Assembly: GCA_963827275.1 (NCBI GenBank)
Contig: CAWHAA010000008.1
Coordinates: 320,001 to 384,000 of the forward strand
Length of the DNA stretch: 64,000 nt
Direction: 5' to 3'
DNA from: an uncultured Spirochaetota bacterium
GTDB lineage: Bacteria; Spirochaetota; UBA4802; UBA5550
Every line of letters starts with the position of its first letter. The first letter of the stretch is position 1. The notes under the pieces are model-generated. The model was not told the DNA's origin, did no database searches, and saw only the letters and a list, made by a program, of their open reading frames with translations. Made by a program: the position numbers and the translations under genes. Of this stretch, positions 30,982 to 41,859 are shown piece by piece.

Positions 30982-31933
30982 ATGGAAAAGAAAATTCTCC
31001 TCGGGATCAGCTCGTGCCTCCTTGGAGAGCCGGTGCGGTACGACGGCGGGCACAAGCTCGATCATTTTCTTGCAGACATCCTTGGCGGGTTCGTCGAGTA
31101 CGTGCCGGTATGCCCGGAGTACGAGGCGGGCTTCGGCGTTCCCCGGGAGGCGATGCGGCTCGTGGGCCAGCCGGCGGCGCCGCGGCTGATGACGATACAA
31201 ACAAGCATCGACCTTACCGAGCGGATGTCCAGCTGGACGGGCAAAAAGCTGCGCGAGCTGGAGAAGCGGGACCTGTGCGGCTTCGTGTTCAAGAGCGGGT
31301 CTCCGTCGAGCGGCATGGAGCGGGTCAAGGTATATGACGAGAACGGGAATTCGCGAAAAACGGGCGCCGGGCTCTTCGCGAAGGCCTACATGGAGCGCTT
31401 TCCCCTGGTGCCGGTCGAGGACGAGGGAAGGCTCCACGACATGGACATCCGCGAGAATTTCATCGTGCGCGTGTTCGCCTTTCACCGGTGGAAGGAGCAG
31501 TGCGCTGCGGACCGGGGCCCGGCCGCGGTCATCGGATTTTACGCGCGGCACAAGTACCTTCTCATGGCGCACAATCCCGCGATGCAGAAGGAGATGGGGA
31601 AGCTGGTCGCGCGGGTGAAGACGGTGGAGCGGGCGGAGTTCCTCCGGGAATTCGAGCGGCTTTTCATGACGGCGCTAAAATACCACGCGACCGTGAAGAA
31701 AAATTCGAATGTGCTCATGCACATGGCGGGCTACTTCAGGGACCGCCTCGGGGACGGACGAGAGAAAGGAGCTGGCCGAGATGATCGGGCAGTATCGCGG
31801 CGAGCTCATACCCCTCATCGTGCCGGTGACCATGATAAAGCATTACGTGCGCAAGTATGGCGACGACTACCTCGCCTCGCAGTACTACCTGGACCCGCAC
31901 CCGATGGAGCTGAAGCTCCGGAACCACGCGTAG
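30982..31933 (+). CDS. DUF523 + DUF1722 (YbbK/YbgA) protein, 2-thiouracil desulfurase-like N-domain (frameshift near 31753)
   Basis: GISSCLLGEPVRYDGGHK, VCPE…GVPRE, KSGSPSSG, KYLLMAH, NVLMHMAGYF; the second frame ends QYYLDPHPMELKLRNHA*. Confidence 0.88.
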
Positions 31934-32011
31934 CCCCTGCGTGCGGCATGATTGCGAGGATGGCTCCTCACGCTGGCGAAGATGGGCCGCGGGAGGCGTC
32001 CCGGACCGGGG

Positions 32012-33540
32012 CATGGGGGGCCGTTGCACGGGAGTGTTGACAAACTGACTAAATTATGTCATTATACGTCAACACAGCCGGGAGGCCCCCAATGCTAAAA
32101 GGCAAAGACGGCGAACAAAAATTTTATTACAACATAAGCCTGAATGAGCTTGTACCACTGGACCATTTTTTACGGCATGTTGATCGACTGATAGACTTCG
32201 ATTTTATAAGAAGCAGAGTTAAACACCTCTATAGCCATACCGGAAAACCAGCTGTTGATCCGGTCGTTTTATTCAAGATGCTGCTCATTGGCTATCTGTA
32301 CGACGTAAAATCAGAACGACAACTAGAAAAAGAGATTCAAGTCAATCTCGCCTACCGCTGGTTTATTAAATACGACATAGATGAGCGAATTCCGGATCAT
32401 TCAACCATATCACAGACGCGGCGGAGGAAATTTTCATCAAGCAATCTGTTTCAGGAAATTTTTGATGAAATAGTAAAACTATGCATGGCGAAAGGTTTAA
32501 TTACGGGTGAGACCATAATGACGGATTCGACCTATATACGTGCCGATGCATCGCTTGATAGCCTTCGCGAGGTTTTAATTACTCCCCGAGAATTTATTCG
32601 GAGACTTGATGAAAACAGTGACGAAATTCCTGATTCGGATAATGGGAATAAACCCGGAGAAGGCGGAGCTAACCAAAACAAAAGATATAGCAATAAGACG
32701 CATAGAAGTAACACCGATCCCGAGAGTCGACTGGTGAGCAGAAAGGGCATGGGGCCTGGTCTGTTCTATAAAGAGCATCGTAGTCTCGATAGTGGGGGGT
32801 ATATAACGGATGTGCACGTAACGGCGGGCAACATCTCTGATGCGGAACCTTACCTTGAACGATTGAAACGGCAGAGAGATGTTTTTTTGTTGCCCATTGA
32901 TTCAGTTGTCGCAGACAGAGGGTACGGGATATCCCATGTTTATAAAGATTTAACTGTAATGGGGATTGATGCCTACATCCCGCAGATTTCAAGCCCCAAA
33001 CAAAATGAACGGGCATATCCTCAAAATAATTTTATTTATGCCCCAGTTACTGACACCTTCCGTTGTCCGGCAGGTCATGTTATGACAAGAAAATTAAAAA
33101 AACCACGGAAGAAGGACGGGGGGATTATATACAGAGCTTCAAAGCGATTATGCAATAAGTCGTGTCCGCGTCGAAATGAGTGTACAACCGGCGGCGAAAA
33201 TTCTGTCCGTGAAGTGCAACGTAATATTTATCAAGACTATATAGATTGCCAGATAAAGAAACAAAACAGCCCTGTGTGGAGGGCTATGTTGAAAAAACGA
33301 AAAACGATGGTTGAGGGTTCTTTTGCGGATGCCAAGGAGAACCACGGGATGAGAAGGGCGAAATACAGGGGCTTGGCAAAGGTCCAGGAACAATCGTTTA
33401 TGACGGCTATCGTGCAGAATATTAAGAAAATGGTCAAAAGCGAACAGGCCGGCAAACGGATAATTGAAATGGCTAATTACATTATCCGTACCACGAGAAT
33501 CTTATGGGTGTGGGGTAACAATGCACGACGGCCCCCCATG
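32012..33540. repeat. Perfect 13-bp inverted repeat split by the IS, with TGCACG direct repeats
   Basis: CATGGGGGGCCGT (32012-24) + TGCACG (32025-30) … TGCACG (33522-27) + ACGGCCCCCCATG (33528-40). Confidence 0.85.
32031..33521 (+). mobile_element. IS1182-family insertion sequence
   Basis: Transposase inside; lower GC than the flanks; bounded by the direct repeat TGCACG (or ACG if the right end is 33524); left end GGAGTGTTGACAAA. Confidence 0.8.
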
Positions 33541-33657
33541 GACCCCCCGCGTGGTCGCTCATTCGCCGCGACGGGCTATGGCTGCTATCGGTTATTTATT
33601 TTAACCCGGTGCGTATTTTGGATTCGGGCGTCGCTGGAGAGCTTGCTAAGAGTGTAA
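32092..33657 (+). CDS. IS1182-family DDE transposase
   Basis: LVPLDHFLR, GKPAVDPVVLFKMLLIGYLY, PDHSTIS, TDSTYI.A.AS, TDPES, ADRGY, CPAG, RKTMVEGSFADAKE.HG.RR. Confidence 0.92.
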   Translation: MLKGKDGEQKFYYNISLNELVPLDHFLRHVDRLIDFDFIRSRVKHLYSHTGKPAVDPVVLFKMLLIGYLYDVKSERQLEKEIQVNLAYRWFIKYDIDERIPDHSTISQTRRRKFSSSNLFQEIFDEIVKLCMAKGLITGETIMTDSTYIRADASLDSLREVLITPREFIRRLDENSDEIPDSDNGNKPGEGGANQNKRYSNKTHRSNTDPESRLVSRKGMGPGLFYKEHRSLDSGGYITDVHVTAGNISDAEPYLERLKRQRDVFLLPIDSVVADRGYGISHVYKDLTVMGIDAYIPQISSPKQNERAYPQNNFIYAPVTDTFRCPAGHVMTRKLKKPRKKDGGIIYRASKRLCNKSCPRRNECTTGGENSVREVQRNIYQDYIDCQIKKQNSPVWRAMLKKRKTMVEGSFADAKENHGMRRAKYRGLAKVQEQSFMTAIVQNIKKMVKSEQAGKRIIEMANYIIRTTRILWVWGNNARRPPMDPPRGRSFAATGYGCYRLFILTRCVFWIRASLESLLRV

Positions 33658-33932
33658 TAACAGACTTTCGGCTTTCGCTCCGGAAGGCGCCGTCCTGCGG
33701 CATCCTCGCATCTCCGCACATCCTGTGCGGCGACTGGATGTAGGTTTTGTCAATCTTATCTTTCAAGATTTCTGTCCCCTCCTGGGTCTTAAACCAAAGA
33801 AAACAATGTGCTTCATTGTAATGGGGCTCGCTCAAATGAACGGCATTATGTAAGGGATAGGTGGCACCGCGGTACCTACCGCCGGGCGGCGGTCATCGGT
33901 TCCCAGCCGGCGGACGGTGCATTGTCCTGAAA

Positions 33933-34646
33933 TTACGGTTTTAAAATATGAGCGACAATATCATCATAGCCGGTTGATATGAATTTCTCCTGGTGCTTCA
34001 GCAATAATTCCTTGTTTGCATAGGTCAGGGGACACCAGTTGGTTTCAATGATGGACAGGGTGTGCTGAAACGATTGAAACACTATCCGGAGCTTGAACGC
34101 GTTTTGATAAATCGATCTGAAGCTGTCGGACCTCAGGCTTTTGCCAAAATTTATTTTTTTCAGATCATCTTTTATGGCGTTCAAATCCGCTCTTTTGTAT
34201 CCCAATAATTTTTCAAAAGTCAGAACAAACGCAAGGCCTATTATGCCGACCGGTTTGACGAAAAAGAAAGCCCTGGCGAGGAGGCGCTCCACCTGCTTTT
34301 TCTGCTGTTCATTCAGGGCGTTGATGTCGCATCCGCCCATGAGATCAAGCGTCGCGGAAATCATGTGAGTAATGCCGTTTGCGTATGCGCAGAAGTGGCA
34401 GTTGCCCCGGTCAAACCAGCTGTAATCATCAAGATTGATCCTGCCGTAGGAGACGAAATCTTTTTTATCCAGCACCCGGGCTCCCTTGTTGAGAATAAAC
34501 AATGCTTTCGTCAGTATTTTGAGAAATAAAATCTCAAAAATTAAAAAAATCACTATTGAGGGGTACATGATGTATCCGCCTATAGTCCCCCTGATAAAAC
34601 CATGCTTTTTATTATTTGTCCAAAAAATCCCTTTGAGCAGCATCAT
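33933..34646 (-). CDS. Hypothetical membrane protein with NCxFCxYANG and WCP motifs
   Basis: AT-rich; GAGG SD before MMLLKG; GNCHFCAYANG…ETNWCPLTYA. Confidence 0.65.
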   Translation of the reverse strand: MMLLKGIFWTNNKKHGFIRGTIGGYIMYPSIVIFLIFEILFLKILTKALFILNKGARVLDKKDFVSYGRINLDDYSWFDRGNCHFCAYANGITHMISATLDLMGGCDINALNEQQKKQVERLLARAFFFVKPVGIIGLAFVLTFEKLLGYKRADLNAIKDDLKKINFGKSLRSDSFRSIYQNAFKLRIVFQSFQHTLSIIETNWCPLTYANKELLLKHQEKFISTGYDDIVAHILKP

Positions 34647-34941
34647 ACACCTCGTTATTTTATTATACTGATATACAGGAATCTTCAATCTCTTCAGCAA
34701 GGTCGGATGAGATTGGATGCATTATAAGTGAAGGGCACCCCTCTCATAGTAAGTCCTCTCCGGCACGACATGGCCCTGTAAAGATGCCTCAAATTGTAAT
34801 GTTATCATGACGCGTGGAAAATGAGAAGTAGTACCTGAAATGCACGCAGAATGTCTGCACCCGGGACAATAAACAGCGGCATGCTTGCATGGCAAGAAAT
34901 TTTTGTAAATTATTGAGGTGAACCAATCGTCACGGCGGGGG

Positions 34942-35907
34942 CTACCGCGCGCACTCTATATACACCCACATGTCGTCCGGCACCGGGCACTCGAACATGA
35001 CCCGGAGTCCCGTCACCGGGTGGTCGAAGGAAAGCTTCGATGCGTGCAGCAGGTGGCGGCGCGCGTCCATCCAGGGGAGGGGCTCGTAGTTGCCCGCGCG
35101 CGCGTTGCGGACGAATTCCAGGAACTGCTCGTCGGTCCTGCCGTAGAGCTTGTCCCCTACGAGGGGATGGCCGGCGTGTGCAAGGTGGACGCGTATCTGG
35201 TTCGTGCGGCCCGTGGCGGGGATGCAGCGCACCAGGGTCGCCCCGGCGTAGCGCTCGATGACCTTGAAACGGGTCGATGCGGCGCGGGAGCCGGGGGTCT
35301 TTTCCGGCACGACTTTTTTTCTGATGGAGATCGCGCTCTCCGCATCCGGTGCGATCGCGCCGGATACCTCGAAGGAGTCTTCGGCGATGACGCCGCGCGC
35401 GACCGCCATGTATTCCTTGCCGACGGTCCCCTCCTCGAACTGCCGGACGAGGTCGCGGTGGGCGTCATCAGTTTTCCCGACGACCAGGAGGCCGCTCGTC
35501 TCCCGGTCGAGGCGGTGTACGAGCTTGACCGGGCCGTCGTATCCCGCCGCCTTCATGCGCTCTCTCAGGATATAAATGAAGGTGTTTTTTATGAAATTGC
35601 CGTCTGCGTGGGAGGGGAGGTTGCCCGGCTTGCCTGCCACGAGAAACGACCCCTCCTCGTGGAGGATCTCGATCCCCCTGTCAACGGGCGGCTCGCGGAG
35701 GACCACCGCGTAGGATACGGTGTCGTTCTTTTTAAGCACGCAGTCGGGGGAGGAGGGCTTCCCGTTCACCGACGCCTTTCCCTGGCCGATGATCGCGATC
35801 CATTCTTCGCGGCCGTGGTACCTGAAGCGGGAGCAGAGGTAATCGATGAGCCTCTGCCCTGCATGGTTCTGCGTTATGCGCGATGTGAGGATAGTTTCTT
35901 CCGGCAT
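34942..35907 (-). CDS. RluA/RluD-family RNA pseudouridine synthase
   Basis: S4-like N-terminus, KPGNLPSH, VHRLDRETSG, TGRTNQIRVHL, GHPLVGDKLYG, LHA. Confidence 0.92.
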   Translation of the reverse strand: MPEETILTSRITQNHAGQRLIDYLCSRFRYHGREEWIAIIGQGKASVNGKPSSPDCVLKKNDTVSYAVVLREPPVDRGIEILHEEGSFLVAGKPGNLPSHADGNFIKNTFIYILRERMKAAGYDGPVKLVHRLDRETSGLLVVGKTDDAHRDLVRQFEEGTVGKEYMAVARGVIAEDSFEVSGAIAPDAESAISIRKKVVPEKTPGSRAASTRFKVIERYAGATLVRCIPATGRTNQIRVHLAHAGHPLVGDKLYGRTDEQFLEFVRNARAGNYEPLPWMDARRHLLHASKLSFDHPVTGLRVMFECPVPDDMWVYIECAR

Positions 35908-36050
35908 GGACGGCCCTGCTGTGCATAAAGTGTGGCATCCGCAGCGCTTTGAATGACCGGTATAAGTAGAAGAGATGCGCGAAAATATGGCAACTATTTT
36001 AATGAATTTCATGAAAAATGCCTGAAACGCAGAGTAGGGGAATTTCTGTA

Positions 36051-36080
36051 TTGACAATGATCCATAAATGATTGTATATT
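36051..36080 (+). promoter_or_regulatory. Sigma70-type promoter of the MCP gene
   Basis: TTGACA, 18 bp, TATATT. Confidence 0.45.
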
Positions 36081-36134
36081 AACTTATCATTTCAACAGCA
36101 ACCGTCACCATACCTCGCCATCTCGGAGTGAAAC

Positions 36135-37715
36135 ATGCTTGATCGCATACAGAAATTTTTCCAAAAAAACATTGATATTTCTTCTGTCGTGGTAAAAAGA
36201 AAGACAGAGCTCCTTGCCTACATGGACATCCTTGTCATCCTGCTGGTATTCCCGGTAACGCCCCTCATATACATAATCCGCGGTGACTTTCTCCGGACGC
36301 TGGCCATCGGGGGCTCGATAACCATCGGGTGTCTCCTGAGCCTCGTGTTCCTCCGGAGGGGGCGCTACCATCTGGCTGCCAACACCACCTCCTTCGCCGC
36401 CGCGATGACAATCGTATTCGGCATCTTCTACCAGCACGTCGAGACCCCGACCATGGGGTTCTCATCGATGGTATATATGACCCAGGCCGTCGTTGTTTTT
36501 TCCTCCCTGTTCTGCGCCATTTCATGGACGGCGGTCCTGACCGCGGTCTTCACGGCGGTGCATATCGGGCTTTTCATTTTTCTCAATTCCCGGGGACAGA
36601 TAGAGCCGGACCTGTTGAGGACCGGCATGGTGGTCAGCACCCTCTCGCTGTTCCTCACCTTCGGCATCGCCCTGCTCATATCCAAGCTGAGCAAGGACGC
36701 GCTCAACGAGGTGCGGGAAGAGTCCGAGATCAATGAAAAGCAGTACGTGCGGATAAAAGAGCTCCTCGAATCCACGTCGTCCACGACGATTGACCTGGCC
36801 AGCGCGGCCGATGAGATGTCCGCCGCAACCGCCACGTTTTCAAACAACGCCCAGAACCAGGCCGCCTCGTCCGAAGAGATCACCTCGGCGATAGAGGAGG
36901 TCCATTCCAACATGGAGCTGCAGGTGGATAATGTCAGCGACCAGTTCGAAACGCTCGAGACGCTCGTCGGGAACATGCAGTCGCTTTCCGTGTCAATCGA
37001 GCGGATGAAGGACATGATCGGGGAGGCGATGCGTCTTTCTGACGAGACCTCAAGCCATTCGATCAAGGGGGAGAAAACACTGGACGTCATGAACGTCGCG
37101 ATGAACGCCATCAGCGACCGTTCGCAGCAGATGACCATGGTGGTTGACGTGATCAACAACATTTCCGAACAGATCAGCCTGCTCTCGCTGAATGCCGCCA
37201 TCGAGGCCGCCCGCGCCGGCGACGCGGGCCGGGGCTTCGCCGTGGTGGCTGATGAAATCTCGAAGCTCGCCATCCAGACCAGCGACAGCCTCAAGGAGAT
37301 TTCCCAGCTTATCGGCTCGACCGAACAGGAAGTGGTGAAGGGCGGCGCGAGCGTGAAGGACACGGTTGACATGATGAGAAGCACCATCAAGAACGTCAAC
37401 GCCATCAGCGACAGGATGAGAAATATCGACCAGCTCATGGCGGAGCAGGTGCGGCTCAACGGCATCGTCCACGATCAGTCGAACAGGGTCAAGCAGAAGT
37501 CGGAAGAGATCAACATCTCGACGAAGGAACAGCAGGTTGCCATTTCCGAGGTGAGCAGATCGATCGGCACCATCAACGAGGCGACCCAGTCCATTGCGTC
37601 CGCCTCTGAGGAGCTGATGGGCACCTCGCGCCATCTCTCCACAATCGCGGAAAACCTGTCGGAGAAGATCGGCATCAAACCGGAACAGAAGGGCCAGGCA
37701 GACCTGCCCGGTTAA
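36135..37715 (+). CDS. Methyl-accepting chemotaxis protein with multi-TM sensor region
   Basis: About six TM segments, then [37 protein letters not shown]. Confidence 0.93.
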   Translation: MLDRIQKFFQKNIDISSVVVKRKTELLAYMDILVILLVFPVTPLIYIIRGDFLRTLAIGGSITIGCLLSLVFLRRGRYHLAANTTSFAAAMTIVFGIFYQHVETPTMGFSSMVYMTQAVVVFSSLFCAISWTAVLTAVFTAVHIGLFIFLNSRGQIEPDLLRTGMVVSTLSLFLTFGIALLISKLSKDALNEVREESEINEKQYVRIKELLESTSSTTIDLASAADEMSAATATFSNNAQNQAASSEEITSAIEEVHSNMELQVDNVSDQFETLETLVGNMQSLSVSIERMKDMIGEAMRLSDETSSHSIKGEKTLDVMNVAMNAISDRSQQMTMVVDVINNISEQISLLSLNAAIEAARAGDAGRGFAVVADEISKLAIQTSDSLKEISQLIGSTEQEVVKGGASVKDTVDMMRSTIKNVNAISDRMRNIDQLMAEQVRLNGIVHDQSNRVKQKSEEINISTKEQQVAISEVSRSIGTINEATQSIASASEELMGTSRHLSTIAENLSEKIGIKPEQKGQADLPG

Positions 37716-37746
37716 TCAGGCCGCGCCGACGGCGCGGCGTCAGGCG

Positions 37747-39757
37747 TTACGCCAAATCCATCACCGCCATGAACCCGTCGTGGACCGCCTTGTCGATCCG
37801 GCCGATCTTTTTCGCGTCGCCGATGACGGTGATAGGGTATGCCGGTTTTTTCCATGGCGTCGGCGACCTTCCGCACCGGCCGGGAGCCGACCGCGTTCAC
37901 GATGGCGTCGAACTGCATCGATTCTGCTGCGCCGTTGCGCTCGAAGGTGACCGTGCCGCCCCTCAGGGAGGTCACTCTTCGCGCCGGTTATGACCTCGAT
38001 GCCGTAGCGCTTCACGCTGCCCATGAGGACCCAGCGGGTCGACCGCCCGACCTCCGCCGCGGCCTTCGGGAGCATCTCGAATACCGTCACCTTCTTGGTG
38101 CCCCTGGTGCAGAGCTCGCGCAGCCGCTCGACGGTCTCGGCCTCGTACATGAAGAGAAAGTGCATCGCCTCCGGCGTGAGGGTGCCCTTGGCCGCCAGGA
38201 ACTCGGCGGTTTCAAGCCCGACCGCGCCGCCGCCGATCACGGCGATGGACGGGCCGATCATCGGGTCGTTCATCAGCACGTCCCAGGCGGAATACACCTT
38301 CGGGTCGTCGATGCCGTCGATGCGCGGCTTGAGCGGCTCCGCGCCCTTCGGCCACGATCACGTGGTCCGGCTTTTCTTCTTTTATGATAATCCACGGTCA
38401 CCTCGTTGCCGAGGATCACGTCGATGTCATACTTGTCCAGCATCGCGTCGTAGTAATTGATGAGCTCCCACAGCTCGTGCTTGTGGGGCGGCGTGCCCGC
38501 GATCCAGAGCTGGCCGCCGATCCGGTCCGATTTCTCGTAGAGCTCGACGCGGTGGCCCGCCTCGGCCGCGCGGACGGCGGCCTCGAGGCCGCCCGGGCCC
38601 GGCGCCGATGACCATGATCTTCTTCGGCGGCGAGGCCTTCGTTGATGTTCCGCTCTCCCTCGAACCCGGCCCGGGCGTTGGCGATGCAGTAGACCGCCTT
38701 GCCGCTGAAGATGCTGTCCGTGCAGCCCTGGTTGCAGGCCACGCAGGGACGTATCTCGTCGACATCGCCCTCCTGCGCCTTTTTGCGGCCAGTAGGGATC
38801 GGCGATCAGGACCCGCGCCAGGTTCACGATGTCGCAGAACCCGTCCTTGATGAGCTGTTCCGCGGAAAAGGGGTCGGTGATGCGGTTGGACGCGCTCACC
38901 GGCACGGAGACCTCGCGCTTGACGTTCAGCGCGAGGTAGGAGTACACCGAACGCGGCGCGTCCATCGGGAGCTGGGGCACGTGGGCCTCGTGCCAGCCGC
39001 CGGTGACGCTGATCAGGTCGACGCCGGCCTTTTCGTACACCTTCGCGAACGCCGGCGTCTCGGAGCTCGTGTTGCTCCCCTCGACGAAGTCGTTGCCGGC
39101 CATGCGCACCGATATCGGGTAATCGGGCCCCAGCGCGGCGCGCATCATCTCCAGGATCTCCCGGGGGAAGCGGACGCGGTTCTCGAAGCTGCCGCCGTAC
39201 CGGTCGGTGCGCTTGTTTTTCAGGGGGGAGAGGAACTGCGTGATCAGGTACCCGGCCGATGCGATGATCTCCACGCCGTCGAAGCCGGCCTCCTTCGCAC
39301 GCAGCGCGGCCTTCACAAACCCCTCCTGCGCCTCCCTGATGTCGTCGAGGGTCATCTCGCGGGGGACGAGCTTTGAATACTGCGAGTAGATGGGCGACGG
39401 CGCGATGGGGTCCGGCCCGCCCATGAACTTGGAATAGGAATAGGCGCCCGCGTGGAACAGCTGTATCCACGACAGGGCGCCCTCCTTCTTTATAATCGAC
39501 GTTACCTTTCTGAAATCGGCGATCTTGTCGTCATCATCAAGGACGAGGATCACCTTTCCGCTCCCGACAACGTCGAACCCGACGGGGCCCACGGTCACGA
39601 TGCCCGCTCCGCCCCTGGCGCGTTCGGCGAAAAAATGGTAATACTTGTCGTTCAGCTTCCCGTCGTAGGAATACAGGAGGCCCAGCGAAGGATAGGCGAT
39701 CCTGTTCTTCACGACGGTCTTGTTTATGGTGATCGGGCTGAAAAGTGTATCGAACAT
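37747..39757 (-). CDS. fadH: 2,4-dienoyl-CoA reductase (OYE + FAD/NAD(P) domains), several frameshifts between about 37830 and 38790
   Basis: MFDTLFSPITI…ERARGGAG, GFDGVEI.ASAGYLITQFLSP..NKRTDRYGGSFENR, CVACNQGC.D, VIGAGP, VIGGGAVGLETA in successive frames. Confidence 0.85.
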
Positions 39758-39783
39758 GTGTCCTCCTCGTCCTGTTGAAAACG

Positions 39784-40818
39784 CTACTTTATCATCGTCC
39801 CCATCTTCGCATAGGACTCCTTCGCTTCCTTGATGGTGCGGTCGATGACTTCCTTGACCGTGGGTATGTCCTTGATGATGCCCTGGATCTGGCCGGTCAG
39901 GTGCACGCCGTTCTTTAAATCGCCGGTCTCGGTCGCGATCTGTATTTTCTTGAAGGCGGTGGCCATGTGCGCGAGCTTCATCATGTTTTCCGGCTGCGCC
40001 AGCATTCCCAGCATGAGCTTGACCAGCGGCAGTTTCATTTCCCGCGCGATCTGCGGCCCCACGATCACGGCCCTGAGCAGGTTGATCCCCTGCCGTATCG
40101 ATTTTTTTGACTGGGGCGTCTTGAGGACGCGGCACCAGAGGCCGTCGAACCGGTCGGAATAAAGGGTGTCCTCGATGCTCGCCTCGACCTGGGCCTTCTT
40201 CGTGAGCTCGTGGACCGGGCTCTCCTTTGTCATGGAGAGGCGCGTTCCCATGCCGATCGCTTCTGCGCCAAGGGCCAGGGCCGCCGCGAGGCCGTACCCG
40301 TCGCCGAATCCGCCGATCGCCACCACCGGGAGCTTCGTCGCCCGCACGATGGCCGGCGTGAGCACCAGCGTGGTGACCTGGCTGCCGTGCGCGGCCGCCT
40401 CGTTCCCGGTCACCTGCAGGGCGTCGGCCCCCTGCTTCTCCGCCGCCATCGCGTGCTTCTCGGTGGTCACCGTGGCGATCACCTTGCCGCCGTACTTGTG
40501 CACCCGCTCCGCGATCCAGTCGCATTTGCCGAGGGACACGTTGATGACCGGGACCTTCTCCTCGATAAGCACCTCGGCGTTTTCCCGCGCGCCCGGCATG
40601 AGCAGGGTGACGCCCGCGCCGAAGGGCTTGTCGGTCAGCTTCCTGATTTTCCTGATCGATTCGCGGGTCTGCTCGGTGCTCAGCGGTCCCGTGGCGAGCC
40701 ACCCGATACCGCCGGCGTTGCAGACTGCGGCGACCAGCTCGGGCACGCTGATCCAGCTCATGCCCGGCAGGATGATCGGATATTTGATGCCAAAAAGTTT
40801 CGTGATTCTTGTTTGCAT
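39784..40818 (-). CDS. Nitronate monooxygenase / FabK-like flavoenzyme
   Basis: TRITKLFGIKYPII, AAVCNAGGIG, GNEAAAH, GGFGDG, MGTR. Confidence 0.88.
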   Translation of the reverse strand: MQTRITKLFGIKYPIILPGMSWISVPELVAAVCNAGGIGWLATGPLSTEQTRESIRKIRKLTDKPFGAGVTLLMPGARENAEVLIEEKVPVINVSLGKCDWIAERVHKYGGKVIATVTTEKHAMAAEKQGADALQVTGNEAAAHGSQVTTLVLTPAIVRATKLPVVAIGGFGDGYGLAAALALGAEAIGMGTRLSMTKESPVHELTKKAQVEASIEDTLYSDRFDGLWCRVLKTPQSKKSIRQGINLLRAVIVGPQIAREMKLPLVKLMLGMLAQPENMMKLAHMATAFKKIQIATETGDLKNGVHLTGQIQGIIKDIPTVKEVIDRTIKEAKESYAKMGTMIK

Positions 40819-40875
40819 GATATATTCTCCTAATAATTTTTTTACTGGTTGTTATGCGCGGCGTCGTTCCCGTGC

Positions 40876-41859
40876 TTAAAAAAGCCTTCCCACCCTCTGA
40901 ATATCCTCCTTCGCCTCGGCTACCATCCGCTCGATCAGCTCCTTGCAGGTCGGGACGTCCCTTACCAGGCCCACCGACTGGCCCATCATCATCGGCGCGA
41001 TGTCCACGTTGCCGGTCTCCCACGCCTCCTTGACCCGCTTGCCCGACATGAGCGGTATGAGCTTCTCAAGGCCGCCGTGCTGCGCCTCGATGCCCAGCAC
41101 TTCCTCTGCCAGCCTGTTCCTGATGGCCCTTCCCTGCAGCCCGATCGACTTGCAGATGAGCGTCGTCTCGTGCTCCTGGCGCCGTATGATCTCCTGCTTG
41201 ATGTTGTCGTGCACCTCGCACTCCTTCGTCGCCACGAAGCGGGTCGCCATCATGACCCCCTGCGCGCCCAGGGCGAGTGCGGCGGCCAGGGTGCGGCCGT
41301 CGGCGATCCCGCCCACGGTGACCACCGGGATCTTCACCGATTCGGCGATGCGGGGCGTGAGCACCATGGTGGTCACGTCGTCGTTCAGCGGGTGCCCCCC
41401 TTCCTCGATGCCCGCAGCGTAGATGCCGTCGTAGCCTGTCTTTTCCGCGTGGACCGCGTGCCGCACCGAGCCGACCTTGTGAAAGAGCCGCACTCCCGCC
41501 TTCCTGAGCATTTCGATATAGTCCTTCCCTGCCGCCTTGTCCAGCGGCGTGCCGGATATCTCCAGGCCAGCGACCTTCTCCTCCGCGCAGACCCGCAGGA
41601 ACATCTTGTGGTGCTCCGCGGTTATGTGCACCGAGGGGAGGATGGTCACGTTCACCATGAAGGGCCGGTCCGTGAGCCTCCGCGTCTCGCGGATGGCCTC
41701 GCGGAACTGCTCCTCGTTTTCGTAGTTCCCTGCCGTGAGGTTCCCCATGCCTCCCGCGTTCGACACCGCTGCGCACAGCTTCGGCTTGCACAGCCACATC
41801 ATGGCCCCGCAGATGATGGGGTATTCGATCCCGAACATTTCGGTGATTGCTGTCTTCAT
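40876..41859 (-). CDS. Nitronate monooxygenase / FabK-like flavoenzyme
   Basis: TAITEMFGIEYPII, AAVSNAGGMG, GIEEGGHP, GGIADGR, ATRF, GQSVGL. Confidence 0.88.
   Translation of the reverse strand: MKTAITEMFGIEYPIICGAMMWLCKPKLCAAVSNAGGMGNLTAGNYENEEQFREAIRETRRLTDRPFMVNVTILPSVHITAEHHKMFLRVCAEEKVAGLEISGTPLDKAAGKDYIEMLRKAGVRLFHKVGSVRHAVHAEKTGYDGIYAAGIEEGGHPLNDDVTTMVLTPRIAESVKIPVVTVGGIADGRTLAAALALGAQGVMMATRFVATKECEVHDNIKQEIIRRQEHETTLICKSIGLQGRAIRNRLAEEVLGIEAQHGGLEKLIPLMSGKRVKEAWETGNVDIAPMMMGQSVGLVRDVPTCKELIERMVAEAKEDIQRVGRLF

Noticed and set aside
33742..33757. Alternative IS right end at TTTGTCAA
   Set aside because: Only an 8-bp match and no flanking duplication; the TGCACG duplication with the restored palindrome, and the GC shift, fit 33521-33524 better
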